Below are positions 1-9,705 of a DNA stretch of 37,804 nt, piece by piece. This DNA comes from Gemmatimonadota bacterium (GTDB lineage: Bacteria; Gemmatimonadota; Gemmatimonadetes; Longimicrobiales; RSA9). Within the stretch, counting starts at the first letter, position 1. Each line of letters starts with the position of its first letter. The stretch spans positions 1-37,804 of the forward strand of contig JBBDRO010000052.1 of the NCBI GenBank assembly GCA_040905425.1. Direction: 5' to 3'. The notes under the pieces were generated by a model, which had not been told where the DNA came from, searched no databases, and was given only the letters and a program-made list of their open reading frames with translations. The position numbers were made by a program, and so were the translations under genes.

Positions 1-53
1 AGGGGACATTTCTATCCGTCGAAGGTAGGGGACATTTCTATCCGTACTTGACA
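1..53. mobile_element. Terminal inverted repeat of an insertion sequence (IS1202/ISNCY- or IS21-like); element body lies left of the window
   Basis: Two exact 19-bp direct repeats AGGGGACATTTCTATCCGT (1-19, 27-45) ending in ACTTGACA. On the minus strand this reads 5'-TGTCAAG..GGATAGAAATGTCCCC, a TGT end with tandem transposase-binding boxes. No transposase is visible. Confidence 0.6.
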
Positions 54-70
54 CGCGCCGAGGCCGGCGC

Positions 71-99
71 TTGACCGGGCGCGGCACCTCCGCTACACT
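71..99 (+). promoter_or_regulatory. Sigma70-type promoter of the his operon
   Basis: TTGACC (71-76), 17-bp spacer, TACACT (94-99); ATG of the leader ORF follows 7 nt after the -10 box. Confidence 0.7.
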
Positions 100-106
100 C
101 CGCGCC

Positions 107-181
107 ATGACGAACCGCACCGCGCTGTACCGGCACGCCCATCATCATCACGGCCCCACGGGTCGCGAGAAGGGCGAGTAG
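107..181 (+). CDS. hisL: his operon leader (attenuator) peptide MTNRTALYRHAHHHHGPTGREKGE
   Basis: 24-codon ORF with 5 His codons (134-136, 140-151) upstream of a terminator and hisG; too short for the ORF track. Confidence 0.85.
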   Translation: MTNRTALYRHAHHHHGPTGREKGE

Positions 182-211
182 CGCGCGGCAACGGCGCGTC
201 ATCGGCTTTCG

Positions 212-249
212 ACCGCGGCCCGTCCACGAGACGGGCCGCGGTTTTTTTT
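212..249 (+). terminator. Attenuator intrinsic terminator
   Basis: 13-bp perfect stem ACCGCGGCCCGTC/GACGGGCCGCGGT, 5-nt loop, then a T run to 249. Segment 158-167 (ACGGGTCGCG) can pair with 214-223 as an antiterminator. Confidence 0.85.
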
Positions 250-301
250 GTGAGGGACATTCACCAGCGGGGCGCCCCGGCGCCCATACGGGAACGAGCA
301 C

Positions 302-1165
302 ATGATCCGCATTGCACTACCGAACAAGGGGCGCCTCTCCGAGAGCGCCCGGGAACTGCTGGACCGGGCTGGCCTGGAAATGGACGTGCGCGGGGAGCGG
401 GCGCTCCAGGCCACCCTGGCCGGCGGCGCCTTCCTGGCGCTCTTCGTGCGCGCCGAGGACATTCCGGAATTCGTGGCGGACGGCGCCGCCGACGTGGGCA
501 TCACCGGGCGGGACCTGGTGGCCGAATCGGAGCGGCCCGTGGAGGAGCTCCTGGATCTGGGCTTCGGCCGCTGCCGGGTAGCCGTGGCCGCGCGCGACGA
601 CGGCCCGGCCACCCTGGAGGACATCCCCTCGGGCGCCCGTGTGGCCACAGTCTTCCCCAACATCACCACGCGCTACTTTGCCGAGTTGGGCCGCGATGTC
701 ACGCTGGTCTCCATCTCCGGCGCCGCCGAGATCGCCCCGCACCTGGGTGTGGCGGACATCATCGTGGACCTGGTGTCCACCGGCTCCACGCTCAAGATGA
801 ACGGTCTGCACGAGCTGGCCACCGTCATGGAGTCCAGCGCGGTGGTGATCGCGCGCAGGGAGCTCCTGGAAGTGCCCGAAACGGAGCGGCCGGTGCGGGA
901 GCTGGTGGCCGGGCTCGAGTCCGTCCTGCGGGCGCGCGGCAAGCGCTACCTCATGGCCAACGTGCCTCGCGCCGTCCTGGATGAGGTGAAGCGCATCCTG
1001 CCGGGCATCAACGGCCCCACCATCGTGGACGTGATGGACGGCGGGGAGCACGTGGCGGCGCACGCCGTGGTGGATACGGCCGACGTCTACCGGGTCATCG
1101 CGGAGCTGAAAACGCTCGGTGCCGAAGGCATCCTGGTGACCAAGATCGAGAGGCTGATGCCGTGA
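302..1165 (+). CDS. hisG: ATP phosphoribosyltransferase (long form with C-terminal regulatory domain)
   Basis: IALPNKGRL, RAEDIP, DVGITGRD, IVDLVSTGSTLKMNGL, PGINGPT motifs. Confidence 0.97.
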   Translation: MIRIALPNKGRLSESARELLDRAGLEMDVRGERALQATLAGGAFLALFVRAEDIPEFVADGAADVGITGRDLVAESERPVEELLDLGFGRCRVAVAARDDGPATLEDIPSGARVATVFPNITTRYFAELGRDVTLVSISGAAEIAPHLGVADIIVDLVSTGSTLKMNGLHELATVMESSAVVIARRELLEVPETERPVRELVAGLESVLRARGKRYLMANVPRAVLDEVKRILPGINGPTIVDVMDGGEHVAAHAVVDTADVYRVIAELKTLGAEGILVTKIERLMP

Positions 1166-3582
1166 ACATTGCCGTGGAGGGCCGCGTGGGGGCGCTGGAC
1201 GAGGGCGCCGAGACCCGGCTCTTCGACCGCGGCCGCGCGGCGGATCCGGCCGTGGCCGAGGCCGTGGCCGCGCTGGTGGCCGACGTGCGCAGCCGCGGGG
1301 ACGCCGCGCTCCGTGAGCAGGCGGCGCGCTTCGACGGCGTGGCGCTGGAGGCGCTCGAGGTGCCCCGCGAGGCCTGGGACAGGGCGCTGGCCGAGCTGGA
1401 CCCCGCCGTGCGGAACGCCCTGCAGCAGGCCGCCGACGCCATCGCCGGCTTCCACACCGCCCAGCTGCCCGCGCCGCTGGAGGTGGAGCTCCGCCCCGGC
1501 GTCCGGCTCGGCCGCCGCGCCGAGCCCCTGCGCGCCGTGGGCGTGTACGCGCCGGGCGGGCGCGCCTCCTACCCGAGCAGCGTGCTCATGGGCGTGGTGC
1601 CGGCGCGCGTGGCGGGGGTGGCGGAGGTGGTGGTGTGCTCACCGCCGGGGCCGGATGGCCGCCCGCCCGCCGCGGTCATGGCGGCGTGCGCCATCGGCGG
1701 CGCGGACCGGCTCTTCGCGCTGGGCGGTGCGGGGGCCGTGGCGGCGCTGGCGCTGGGCACGGCCAGCGTGCCGCGGGTGGACAAGATCGTGGGCCCGGGC
1801 AACGCCTACGTCACCGAGGCCAAGCGCCAGCTCACCGGCACCGTGGCCATCGACTGTCCGGCGGGCCCCTCCGAGGTGCTCATCGTGGCCGATGACGGTG
1901 CGGACGCCGAGCTGCTGGCCGCGGAGCTCATCGCGCAGGCGGAGCACGACCCGGACGCGGCGGCGGTGCTCCTCAGCACCTCGGCCGACGTGCTGGCCGC
2001 CACGCGTGAGGCGCTCACCCGCCTCCTGGACGGACAGCCCCGCGCGGCCATCGTCACGGAGGCGCTGGCGGCCCGGGGCGGCCTGCTGCTGGCCGACTCC
2101 CTGGACGAGGCCTACGCCTTCGCCACGCGCTACGCCCCCGAACACCTCCTCCTCATGGTGGCCGATCCGCGCGCGGGTCTGGCGCGCGTGCGCTCGGCGG
2201 GCACCGTCTTCCTGGGCGCGGGCAGCTCCGTGGCCTTCGGGGACTACCTCACGGGCGCCAACCACGTGCTCCCCACCGCCGGCCTGGCCCGGGCGTACGC
2301 GGGGCTCTCGGCCGCGGACTTCCTGCGCTGGACCACCTACCAGGAGGTAAGCGACGACGCCGCCGCCTCGCTCGCCGCGCCCACAGCCACGCTCGCGGAC
2401 GCCGAGGGCCTGCCGGGGCACGCGCTGGCCGCGCGGCTGCGCGCGCGCGGCGCCGCGCCGAACGAAGACGCGCGCGGCGGAGCCGGCGCGGGGACGTCGC
2501 TTGAGACGGTGCCGTTCCGGGGCGCGTACGCTGGGATCGAGCTCTACGAGCCGGGGCGCGTGCCCACCGCCGTGGACCTGAGTGACAACACCAACCTGTG
2601 GGGCCTGCACCCGCTCGTGGCGGAGCTGTTCGCGGCGCTGCCGGCCGACGCGGTGACGCGCTACCCCACCGTGTGGGCGCGGCGGCTGAAGGAGGTGGCG
2701 GCCGCGGCCTTCGAGGTGGCGCCGGAGAACGTGGCCACCGGCTGCGGCTCCGATGACCTCATCGACTCGGCCGTGCGCGCCTTCTGCGAGCCGGGGCAGG
2801 CGGTGGCCTTCCCGGAGCCCACCTTCGGCGTGGTCTCCACCTTCGCGCGCATGAACGCCGCGCGGCCGGTGGCGGTGCCGCTGGGCGCGGACTTCGCGCT
2901 GGACCCCGCGGCGCTGCTGGCCACGGGCGCCGCGCTCACCTATATCTGCCGCCCGAACAACCCCACCGGCACACGCTTCGAGCGGGCGGCGGTGGAGCGG
3001 GTGCTCGCGGAGGCGCGCGGCGTGGTGCTGGTGGACGAGGCCTACGCCGACTTTGCTCCGGACAGCCTGCTGGCGGACATCGTGGCCAGCCGGCGCGGCC
3101 TGGTCCTGCGCACGCTGTCCAAGGCGTGCGGGCTGGCGGGGCTCCGCGTGGGGCTGGCCGTGGGACCGGCGCCGCTCATCCGGGAACTCGAGAAGTCCCG
3201 CGGGCCCTACAAGGTGGGCGGCGTGGCGGAGGCGGCGGCCGTACGGGTACTTTCGGAGGGCATGGACTGGGTGCGCGCGCGCGTCGAGGACGCGCGCCGC
3301 GCCCGGACGGAGTTGGCGGCGGCGCTGGCGGAGCGGGGGCTCGGCACGTGGCCGTCGGAGGCCAACTTCGTGCTCGTCGCGGTGCCGGCGGCGTGGCCGT
3401 CGGCGGCTGCACTGGCTTCGGCGCTGCGCGCGGCGGGGGTGGCGGTGCGCGCCTTCGAGGCGCTCCCCGGCGCGGGCAACGCGCTGCGCGTCACCGTCGG
3501 GCCGCCGGGCATGATGGCGCGCTTCCTGGACGCGCTGGACGGGGTACTGGAGGCGGGATTCACCGGGCAGGAGGCGGGCTGA
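1162..3582 (+). CDS. hisD: Fused histidinol dehydrogenase (HisD) - histidinol-phosphate aminotransferase (HisC)
   Basis: HisD motifs PGGRASYPSS, GPGNAYV, AGPSE, QAEHD, APEHL, GANHVLPT, followed in frame by HisC motifs LSDNTN, GSDDLI, PNNPTG, DEAY, RTLSK. Confidence 0.92.
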   Translation: MNIAVEGRVGALDEGAETRLFDRGRAADPAVAEAVAALVADVRSRGDAALREQAARFDGVALEALEVPREAWDRALAELDPAVRNALQQAADAIAGFHTAQLPAPLEVELRPGVRLGRRAEPLRAVGVYAPGGRASYPSSVLMGVVPARVAGVAEVVVCSPPGPDGRPPAAVMAACAIGGADRLFALGGAGAVAALALGTASVPRVDKIVGPGNAYVTEAKRQLTGTVAIDCPAGPSEVLIVADDGADAELLAAELIAQAEHDPDAAAVLLSTSADVLAATREALTRLLDGQPRAAIVTEALAARGGLLLADSLDEAYAFATRYAPEHLLLMVADPRAGLARVRSAGTVFLGAGSSVAFGDYLTGANHVLPTAGLARAYAGLSAADFLRWTTYQEVSDDAAASLAAPTATLADAEGLPGHALAARLRARGAAPNEDARGGAGAGTSLETVPFRGAYAGIELYEPGRVPTAVDLSDNTNLWGLHPLVAELFAALPADAVTRYPTVWARRLKEVAAAAFEVAPENVATGCGSDDLIDSAVRAFCEPGQAVAFPEPTFGVVSTFARMNAARPVAVPLGADFALDPAALLATGAALTYICRPNNPTGTRFERAAVERVLAEARGVVLVDEAYADFAPDSLLADIVASRRGLVLRTLSKACGLAGLRVGLAVGPAPLIRELEKSRGPYKVGGVAEAAAVRVLSEGMDWVRARVEDARRARTELAAALAERGLGTWPSEANFVLVAVPAAWPSAAALASALRAAGVAVRAFEALPGAGNALRVTVGPPGMMARFLDALDGVLEAGFTGQEAG
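2463..2509 (+). repeat. ~45-bp dispersed element, copy 1 (HisD-HisC linker)
   Basis: CGAAGACGCGCGCGGCGGAGCCGGCGCGGGGACGTCGCTTGAGACGG; near-identical to the reverse complements of 24646-24692 and 30396-30438. Confidence 0.8.
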
Positions 3583-4253
3583 TGGAAGTGGCGCTGTTCG
3601 ACTACGGCACGGGCAACCTGCACTCGCTGGCCAAGGCGCTGGAGCGGGGCGGCGCGCGCGTGCGTATTGAGGCGTCGGTGGCGCGGGCACTCCAGGCGGA
3701 CGCCCTGGTGCTGCCGGGCGTGGGGGCGTTCGGGGCCGCCGCGGCCCGGCTGGCAGGCGCGCCGGCCGCACCGTCCGGACCCGGCGGCCAGAAGCTGCCG
3801 GGCATCATGGCCGAGCTGCTGGAGGAGACGGAGAGCGGCACGGCCCGGCTGCGGGAGGCGCTGGCCGGGGGCATGCCCTGCCTGGCCATCTGCCTGGGTA
3901 TGCAGCTCCTCTTCGAGGGGAGCGAGGAGGGCGCGGGTCGCGGCGTGGGCGCGCTGCGCGGACGCGTCCGCCGGGTGCAGGCGCGCCGCGTGCCGCACAT
4001 GGGCTGGAACGAGGTGGAGGGCGGCGGCGCGCCGCTCTTCACGGGCGTCGAAGGGATGATGGCATACTACGCCAACAGCTTCGCGGTGGAGGCGGACGAG
4101 CCGGAGGACGTGCTGGCGTGGACCTCCTACGGGGCCGACCGCTTTCCCGCCGCCGTCCGGCGCGGCAACACCTTCGGCGTGCAGTTCCACCCGGAGAAGA
4201 GCGGCACGGCCGGCCTGCGGCTCGTGGCCAATTTCCTGGCGGCCGCCCGGTGA
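3582..4253 (+). CDS. hisH: Imidazole glycerol phosphate synthase glutaminase subunit
   Basis: DYGTGNL, LPGVGAF, ICLGMQ, PHMGWN, QFHPEKS; ATG overlaps the hisC stop. Confidence 0.95.
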   Translation: MEVALFDYGTGNLHSLAKALERGGARVRIEASVARALQADALVLPGVGAFGAAAARLAGAPAAPSGPGGQKLPGIMAELLEETESGTARLREALAGGMPCLAICLGMQLLFEGSEEGAGRGVGALRGRVRRVQARRVPHMGWNEVEGGGAPLFTGVEGMMAYYANSFAVEADEPEDVLAWTSYGADRFPAAVRRGNTFGVQFHPEKSGTAGLRLVANFLAAAR

Positions 4254-4963
4254 GGGCGTACGCGGCGGTGGACCTCATGGGCGGCCGCGCGGTGCAGCTC
4301 GTGGGGGGGCGCGCCGAGGACACGCGCGTGAGCCTGCCGGATCCCGCCGCCGTGGCGCGCGACTGGGTGGAGCGGGGCTTCGGCGCGCTGCACGTGGTGG
4401 ACCTGGACGCCGCCCTCGAAAAGGGGGACAACCGCGCGGCCATCGCGGCGCTGCTGGAGGCCGTGGAGGTGCCCGTCCAGGTGGGCGGAGGCGTGCGCGA
4501 CGAAGCGGCCGCGGACGCCCTCTTCGAGCTGGGCGCGGCGCGGGTGGTGGTGGGCACGCGGGCGGTGCGCGACCGCCCCTGGCTGGAGGGGCTCGTGGCG
4601 CGCCATCCCGGGCGCGTGGTGGTGGCGGCGGACGTGCGCGGCGCGGAGGTGGTGGCGCGGGGCTGGACGGAGGGGACGGGGCTCGAGGCCGCGGCCTTTC
4701 TGGGCTCGCTCGATGACCTGGAGCTGGCGGGGGTGCTGGTGACGGACGTGGGCCGGGAGGGGCGCATGGCGGGTGCGGACGCGGCACGCTTCGCGCTGCT
4801 GGCCGCGGCCACGCGGCACCCGCTGCTGGCCTCGGGCGGCGTGACGGACATGGCGGACCTGCGGCGCCTGGCGGATGCCGGCGCGGCGGGGGTGGTGCTG
4901 GGCATGGCACTCTACACCGGGGCGCTCGACGCGGCGGCCGTGGCAAGGGAGTTCGACGCATGA
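4250..4963 (+). CDS. hisA: ProFAR isomerase
   Basis: AVDLMGGRAVQL, LHVVDLD, QVGGGVR, TDVGREG, ASGGV; GTGA overlap with hisH. Confidence 0.95.
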   Translation: MRAYAAVDLMGGRAVQLVGGRAEDTRVSLPDPAAVARDWVERGFGALHVVDLDAALEKGDNRAAIAALLEAVEVPVQVGGGVRDEAAADALFELGAARVVVGTRAVRDRPWLEGLVARHPGRVVVAADVRGAEVVARGWTEGTGLEAAAFLGSLDDLELAGVLVTDVGREGRMAGADAARFALLAAATRHPLLASGGVTDMADLRRLADAGAAGVVLGMALYTGALDAAAVAREFDA

Positions 4964-5505
4964 AGACGTGGAAGCGAGAGACGCGGGAAACCAGGGTCCG
5001 CCTGGGACTGGCGCTGGACGGCTCGGCCGAGCCGGCGCGGGTGGAGACCGGGGACACCTTCCTTGACCACATGCTGGTGACGCTGGCGCGCTACGCTGGC
5101 GTGGGCCTGGAGGTGGAGGCGGCCGGGGACTTGCGGCACCACCTGGTGGAAGACGTGGCCATCACCCTGGGGCTGGCGCTGGCGGAGAGTCTGCCGGAGC
5201 GCTGTACGCGCTACGGGGCGGCCACCGTTCCCATGGACGAGGCGCTGGTGCAGGCCGCCGTGGACGTGGGCGGCCGGGCGTACTATGAGGGGCCGCTCCC
5301 CTCCGCCCTCTACGACCACTTCCTGCGCTCCCTGGCCATCAACGCGGCCGCCACGCTGCACGTGCGCGTGCTGCGCGGCACGGACCGCCACCACGTGGTG
5401 GAGGCGGCCGTGAAGGCCGTTGGCCTGGCGCTCCGCGAGGCGCTGGCCCCCGGCCAGGCGGTGTTCAGCACCAAGGGCGCCGTCCGACTCGAACGGGAGG
5501 ACTGA
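4960..5505 (+). CDS. hisB: Imidazoleglycerol-phosphate dehydratase
   Basis: RETRET, FLDHML, HHLVED, PMDEAL, HHVVEA, STKG. Confidence 0.95.
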   Translation: MKTWKRETRETRVRLGLALDGSAEPARVETGDTFLDHMLVTLARYAGVGLEVEAAGDLRHHLVEDVAITLGLALAESLPERCTRYGAATVPMDEALVQAAVDVGGRAYYEGPLPSALYDHFLRSLAINAAATLHVRVLRGTDRHHVVEAAVKAVGLALREALAPGQAVFSTKGAVRLERED

Positions 5506-5506
5506 G

Positions 5507-6388
5507 ATGCTGCGCAAACGTGTGATCGTCTGTCTGGACGTGCGGGACGGTCGCGTGGTCAAGGGCGTGAGCTTCCAGGGCCTCCGGGACATGGGCGATC
5601 CGGTGGAGTTGGCGGCCCGCTATGAGGCGGAGGGTGCCGACGAGATCGTCTACCTGGACATCTCCGCATCGATCGAGGGCCGGCGCACCCTGCTCGACCT
5701 GGTGCAGCGGACCGCGGAGCGGCTCTTCATCCCGCTGACGGTGGGCGGCGGCATCCACGAGGTGGCGGACATCGAGCGCGCGCTGCGCGCCGGCGCCGAC
5801 AAGGTGAGCGTGAATACGGCGGCCGTGGAGCGCCCCGAACTCATCACGGAGGCCAGTCAGCGCTTCGGCGCGCAGTGCGTGGTGGCCAGCATCGACGCGC
5901 GCGTGGAGCGCCGGCAGGTGGAGCTGGCGGTCAAGACGGCGGACGGCACCGTGGATCCGGCCGTGGCCAATCCCCAGATGAGCGCCGACTGGTTCCGCGT
6001 GTTCACGCAGGGCGGCGGCAAGGTCACCGACCTGGACGCCATCAAGTGGGCGCACGAGTGCGCCGAGCTGGGCGCCGGGGAGATCCTCATTACGAGCATC
6101 GATCAGGACGGCCGCCGCAACGGGTACGACCTGGAGCTCACCGCCCGCATCGTGGAGGCCGTCTCCGTACCCGTGATCGCCAGCGGCGGCGCGGGCAGCG
6201 CGGAGCACCTGCGGGACGCCTTCCTGCTGGCGGGTGCCGACGCCGCGCTGGTGGCGGGCATCTTCCACGAGGGGGTGACCACGGTACCGGCGGTCAAGCG
6301 CTTTCTGGCCGAAGCGGGCATCGCCGTGCGGCCCGCCGGGGAGCGCGTGGCCGCCCCGCGCGCCGACGCGGAGCCATTACCCGGATGA
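5507..6388 (+). CDS. hisF: Imidazole glycerol phosphate synthase cyclase subunit
   Basis: [52 protein letters not shown]. Confidence 0.96.
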   Translation: MLRKRVIVCLDVRDGRVVKGVSFQGLRDMGDPVELAARYEAEGADEIVYLDISASIEGRRTLLDLVQRTAERLFIPLTVGGGIHEVADIERALRAGADKVSVNTAAVERPELITEASQRFGAQCVVASIDARVERRQVELAVKTADGTVDPAVANPQMSADWFRVFTQGGGKVTDLDAIKWAHECAELGAGEILITSIDQDGRRNGYDLELTARIVEAVSVPVIASGGAGSAEHLRDAFLLAGADAALVAGIFHEGVTTVPAVKRFLAEAGIAVRPAGERVAAPRADAEPLPG

Positions 6389-7152
6389 CCCGCGCCGAGC
6401 TACTGGACTTTGCCACCGACCTGGCATGGCGCGCCGGGCGCGTCACACTGGCGCATTTCCAGACTGGCGTGGCCGCCGAGCGCAAGGCGGACGACACACC
6501 GGTCACCGTGGCTGATCGGGCCGCCGAGCGGCTGGTGCGCGAGGCCGTGGGCGCCCGCTTCCCGGACGACGGCATCCTGGGTGAGGAGGAGGGTCCCGTC
6601 AATCCGGGCGCGAATCGCCGCTGGATCGTGGATCCCATCGACGGTACGCGCTCCTTCGTGCGAGGTGTTCCCCTGTATGCGGTGCTGCTGGCCCTGGAGG
6701 AGGAGGGTGAGCCGGTGCTGGGCGTGGTGCACTTCCCCGCCCTGGGTGAGACGGTCTACGCCGCGGCGGGGCTGGGCTGCTGGCTGAACGGCCGCCCCGC
6801 GCGGGTCTCCAAGGTGGACCGTCTGGAGGAGGCGTGCGTGGTCACGAGTGATGCCAAGCTGGCCGCGCACGGTGCCCGCGCGGAGGGCTGGGCACGCCTG
6901 GCCGCCGCGGCCGGCGTGGCCCGCACCTGGGGGGACGCTTACGGCTACGCCCTGGTGGCCACCGGCCGCGCCGAGGCCATGGTGGATGCCGAGATGCAGG
7001 TGTGGGACGCAGCCGCCGTGGCGGTGGTGGTGCGCGAGGCGGGCGGCGTCTTCACCGACTGGGCGGGGTCGGCCACCCACGCGGGTGGCTGCGGCGTGGG
7101 CACCAACGCGGCGCTGGCCGACCGGGTACGACGCACCCTGGGGGAGGGCTGA
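6385..7152 (+). CDS. hisN: Histidinol-phosphatase (inositol monophosphatase family)
   Basis: [24 protein letters not shown] motifs; position inside the his operon. Confidence 0.9.
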   Translation: MTRAELLDFATDLAWRAGRVTLAHFQTGVAAERKADDTPVTVADRAAERLVREAVGARFPDDGILGEEEGPVNPGANRRWIVDPIDGTRSFVRGVPLYAVLLALEEEGEPVLGVVHFPALGETVYAAAGLGCWLNGRPARVSKVDRLEEACVVTSDAKLAAHGARAEGWARLAAAAGVARTWGDAYGYALVATGRAEAMVDAEMQVWDAAAVAVVVREAGGVFTDWAGSATHAGGCGVGTNAALADRVRRTLGEG

Positions 7153-7760
7153 TGCGCATCCGTGACGCGGCGGAACTGGACCGGCTGGACTTTGCCAAGG
7201 GGGACGGGCTGCTTCCCGTGGTGGCACAGCACGCCCGCACCGGCGAGGTGCTCATGGTGGCCTGGACGGACCGCACCGCGCTGGAGCGCACGCTGGAGGA
7301 GGGGGTCATGTGGTACTGGTCGCGCTCCCGGGCCGAGCACTGGCGCAAGGGGGACACCAGCGGCAACACGCAGCGGCTCGTCTCCCTCCACGAGGACTGT
7401 GACCGGGACACCGTCCTGGCGCTCGTGGAGCCCACGGGCCCGAGCTGCCATACGGGAGCGTGGAGCTGCTTCGGCGCCGCGCCCACCCTGGCCGCCCTGG
7501 ACGGCACCATCGCGGCCCGGGCCGGGGACGGGAGTGCGGCAGAGAGCTACACGCGGCGCCTGCTCGAGGACCGCAACCTGCGCCTGAAGAAGCTGGGGGA
7601 GGAAGCCGTGGAACTGGTCCTGGCCCTGGCGGACGGGGACGCCGAGCGTACAGCGGAGGAAGCCGCGGACGTGCTCTACCACGTCCTGGTGGCGTGCCGC
7701 GCGGAGGGCGTGGCGGCCGACGACGTGCTGCGCGTGCTCGCCGAGCGAGGAGCGGGCTGA
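7152..7760 (+). CDS. hisIE: Bifunctional phosphoribosyl-AMP cyclohydrolase / phosphoribosyl-ATP diphosphatase
   Basis: WSRSR, WRKGDTSGN, DCDRD, CHTG, SYT, KKLGEEAVE, EAADVLYH. Confidence 0.95.
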   Translation: MRIRDAAELDRLDFAKGDGLLPVVAQHARTGEVLMVAWTDRTALERTLEEGVMWYWSRSRAEHWRKGDTSGNTQRLVSLHEDCDRDTVLALVEPTGPSCHTGAWSCFGAAPTLAALDGTIAARAGDGSAAESYTRRLLEDRNLRLKKLGEEAVELVLALADGDAERTAEEAADVLYHVLVACRAEGVAADDVLRVLAERGAG

Positions 7761-7838
7761 GCGCCCTGCCCGACCTTCAGCCGGTCTGAGCCACAACGCG
7801 CGCGGGGGCCGGCCAGCCCTCCGTTGGCGCCGGCCCGG

Positions 7839-9566
7839 CTAGACCTGGAAGCCGGAAACCAGTTCCTTCAGGCGGTCCGCGGCCTCGAGCAGTTCGGCGC
7901 TCGCGGCGCTCATCTGCTCGGTGGCGGCGGACTGCTCCTCGGCGGCGGCGGAGACCTCCTCGGCCGCGGCGGCATGGGACTCGGCGGTGGCACCCACCGC
8001 GGCCACAGTGCCCTCTGCGGAGGCCACGGCGTTGCGGTTGTCGTCGGCGGCGGCGGCCACGCGCGCGGCGGCGTCCCGCATCTCGATGACGGCGGCCACG
8101 ATCTCCTCGAAGGCCGCGTCCGCTCCCCGGGAGGTTTCCTCCACGCCAGCCACCTTGGCGGAGCCCTGCCCGATGATGGCCACCACCTCCTTGATCTGGC
8201 GCCGGATCTGCTCCACCGTGGCGGCCACTTCGTCCGACGCCCGGGCGCTCTCGTCCGCCAGCTTCCGGACCTCGTCGGCCACGACGGCAAAGCCGCGCCC
8301 GTGCTCACCGGCGCGCGCGGCCTCGATGGCCGCGTTCAGCGCCAGCAGGTTGGTCTGCCGCGCGATCCCCTGAATGGTCTCCACGAAGTCATCGATGCGG
8401 GCGGAATCCGCCTCCAGCTCCGTGACCTCCCGGCCGGACGAGGCCACCACCTCACGCAGTTCCAGGAGCATGGTGAGCGCCCGCCCCACCTCCAGGCGCT
8501 TGGACTCCGCCAGGTCACGGATGCGCTCGGAGAGCTCCCGCACGAGCCCCGAAGAGGAATCGATGTCCGCCGCCCGGCGGCGCATCTCGCTCAGCGACTC
8601 GTCCACGTTGCGCAGCCCGATCGCCTGTTCCTCGGCGCCCTCGGTGATCCCCACCATGGCCGTGGAAACCTCACCGCTGGAGCCGGCCACCTGCTCCGCG
8701 ATGGCGGACAGGTCGGTGGCGCTGTTGCCGATGCGGCCCGCGGTGCTCACGGTCTCCCCCACGATGGTGCGGAAGCGCTCCGCCATGGTGGTGAAGGAGG
8801 TGGCAAGCACCTGGAACTCGGGCGGCATGCGGCCGTCCAGTTCCACGCGCAGCTGTCCCTCACCGAGCTGGTTGGCGGCGGCCACCAGCCGATCCAGCGG
8901 CCGCTGCACGGCGCGCAGCGTGAACCACAGGAAGATGGTGCCGATCACGGCGGTGGCCAGCAGGATGAGGATGAGCACCCGCTGGCGCGCGGCGGACTCC
9001 GCGCGGAGTTCGCTGGCGGTCTGCTGCACCCGCGTGACCTCGTTGGTGTTCAGCGCGCGGATGATGGAACGCAGCTGACGCGTGGTCCCCGAGAGCTGGC
9101 CAAGGCGCGCGAGCGCCGCCTCGGCATCCCCGGCGGCCATCTCGTCCTGCGCCAGCTGGTTTTCCCGCCGCAGTACGTTGTGCAACTCGATGAGACGATC
9201 CAGCCGTTCCAGTTCCGTCGTGCGCTCCTCCGGGGTGGCCACGCGCAGATCCGCCTGCCGGCGGTATTCCATGTAGCGATCCATGAAGGCGCTGTTCAGA
9301 TCCTCGTACTGGATCTGCACGGTAGGGTCCGCCGTGAGGAGGTATTGCTGCCCGGCGGCGATCTCGTCCAGCAGGACGGTCTCCAGCTCCGCCCCGATGC
9401 TCGAGCGCTGGTACAGCTCGTCCATGCGCGTGGTTACCTGCTCGGTGATCTGGTCGAGGGTGTACCACCCCACGCCCCAGATCACCAGGGTACCCAACAG
9501 CGCGATCCCGAAGGCGGCTACGAACCGCCCCTGGATACGATCGAAGTATGCTCTGATTCTGTTCAT
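7839..9566 (-). CDS. Methyl-accepting chemotaxis protein
   Basis: Two TM segments flanking a periplasmic helical sensor, HAMP-like region, signalling hairpin [37 protein letters not shown]. Confidence 0.95.
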   Translation of the reverse strand: MNRIRAYFDRIQGRFVAAFGIALLGTLVIWGVGWYTLDQITEQVTTRMDELYQRSSIGAELETVLLDEIAAGQQYLLTADPTVQIQYEDLNSAFMDRYMEYRRQADLRVATPEERTTELERLDRLIELHNVLRRENQLAQDEMAAGDAEAALARLGQLSGTTRQLRSIIRALNTNEVTRVQQTASELRAESAARQRVLILILLATAVIGTIFLWFTLRAVQRPLDRLVAAANQLGEGQLRVELDGRMPPEFQVLATSFTTMAERFRTIVGETVSTAGRIGNSATDLSAIAEQVAGSSGEVSTAMVGITEGAEEQAIGLRNVDESLSEMRRRAADIDSSSGLVRELSERIRDLAESKRLEVGRALTMLLELREVVASSGREVTELEADSARIDDFVETIQGIARQTNLLALNAAIEAARAGEHGRGFAVVADEVRKLADESARASDEVAATVEQIRRQIKEVVAIIGQGSAKVAGVEETSRGADAAFEEIVAAVIEMRDAAARVAAAADDNRNAVASAEGTVAAVGATAESHAAAAEEVSAAAEEQSAATEQMSAASAELLEAADRLKELVSGFQV

Positions 9567-9705
9567 CAGGTTCGGTTGTCCAGCGGGGAGGATGGCGGCA
9601 AGAATAGACGCTCCGGGTTGCGGCTGTCAACGGGCGCCATGAAGTTGTTTGCGGCGCCCGCGCGCGCGCCGGAAGCACCACCTCAAGCACGGGACGTGGA
9701 ACGCC

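Noticed and set aside
1..45. CRISPR array
   Set aside because: Only two 19-bp repeats separated by 7 bp, no spacers of CRISPR size, no cas genes
48..76. IS-derived TTGACA (48-53) as the -35 of a hybrid promoter
   Set aside because: No -10-like hexamer 16-18 bp downstream; the native TTGACC-N17-TACACT explains the operon
7806..7836. Hairpin GGGCCGGC..GCCGGCCC between convergent hisIE and MCP genes
   Set aside because: Possible terminator, but there is no U tract and such stems are common at this GC content
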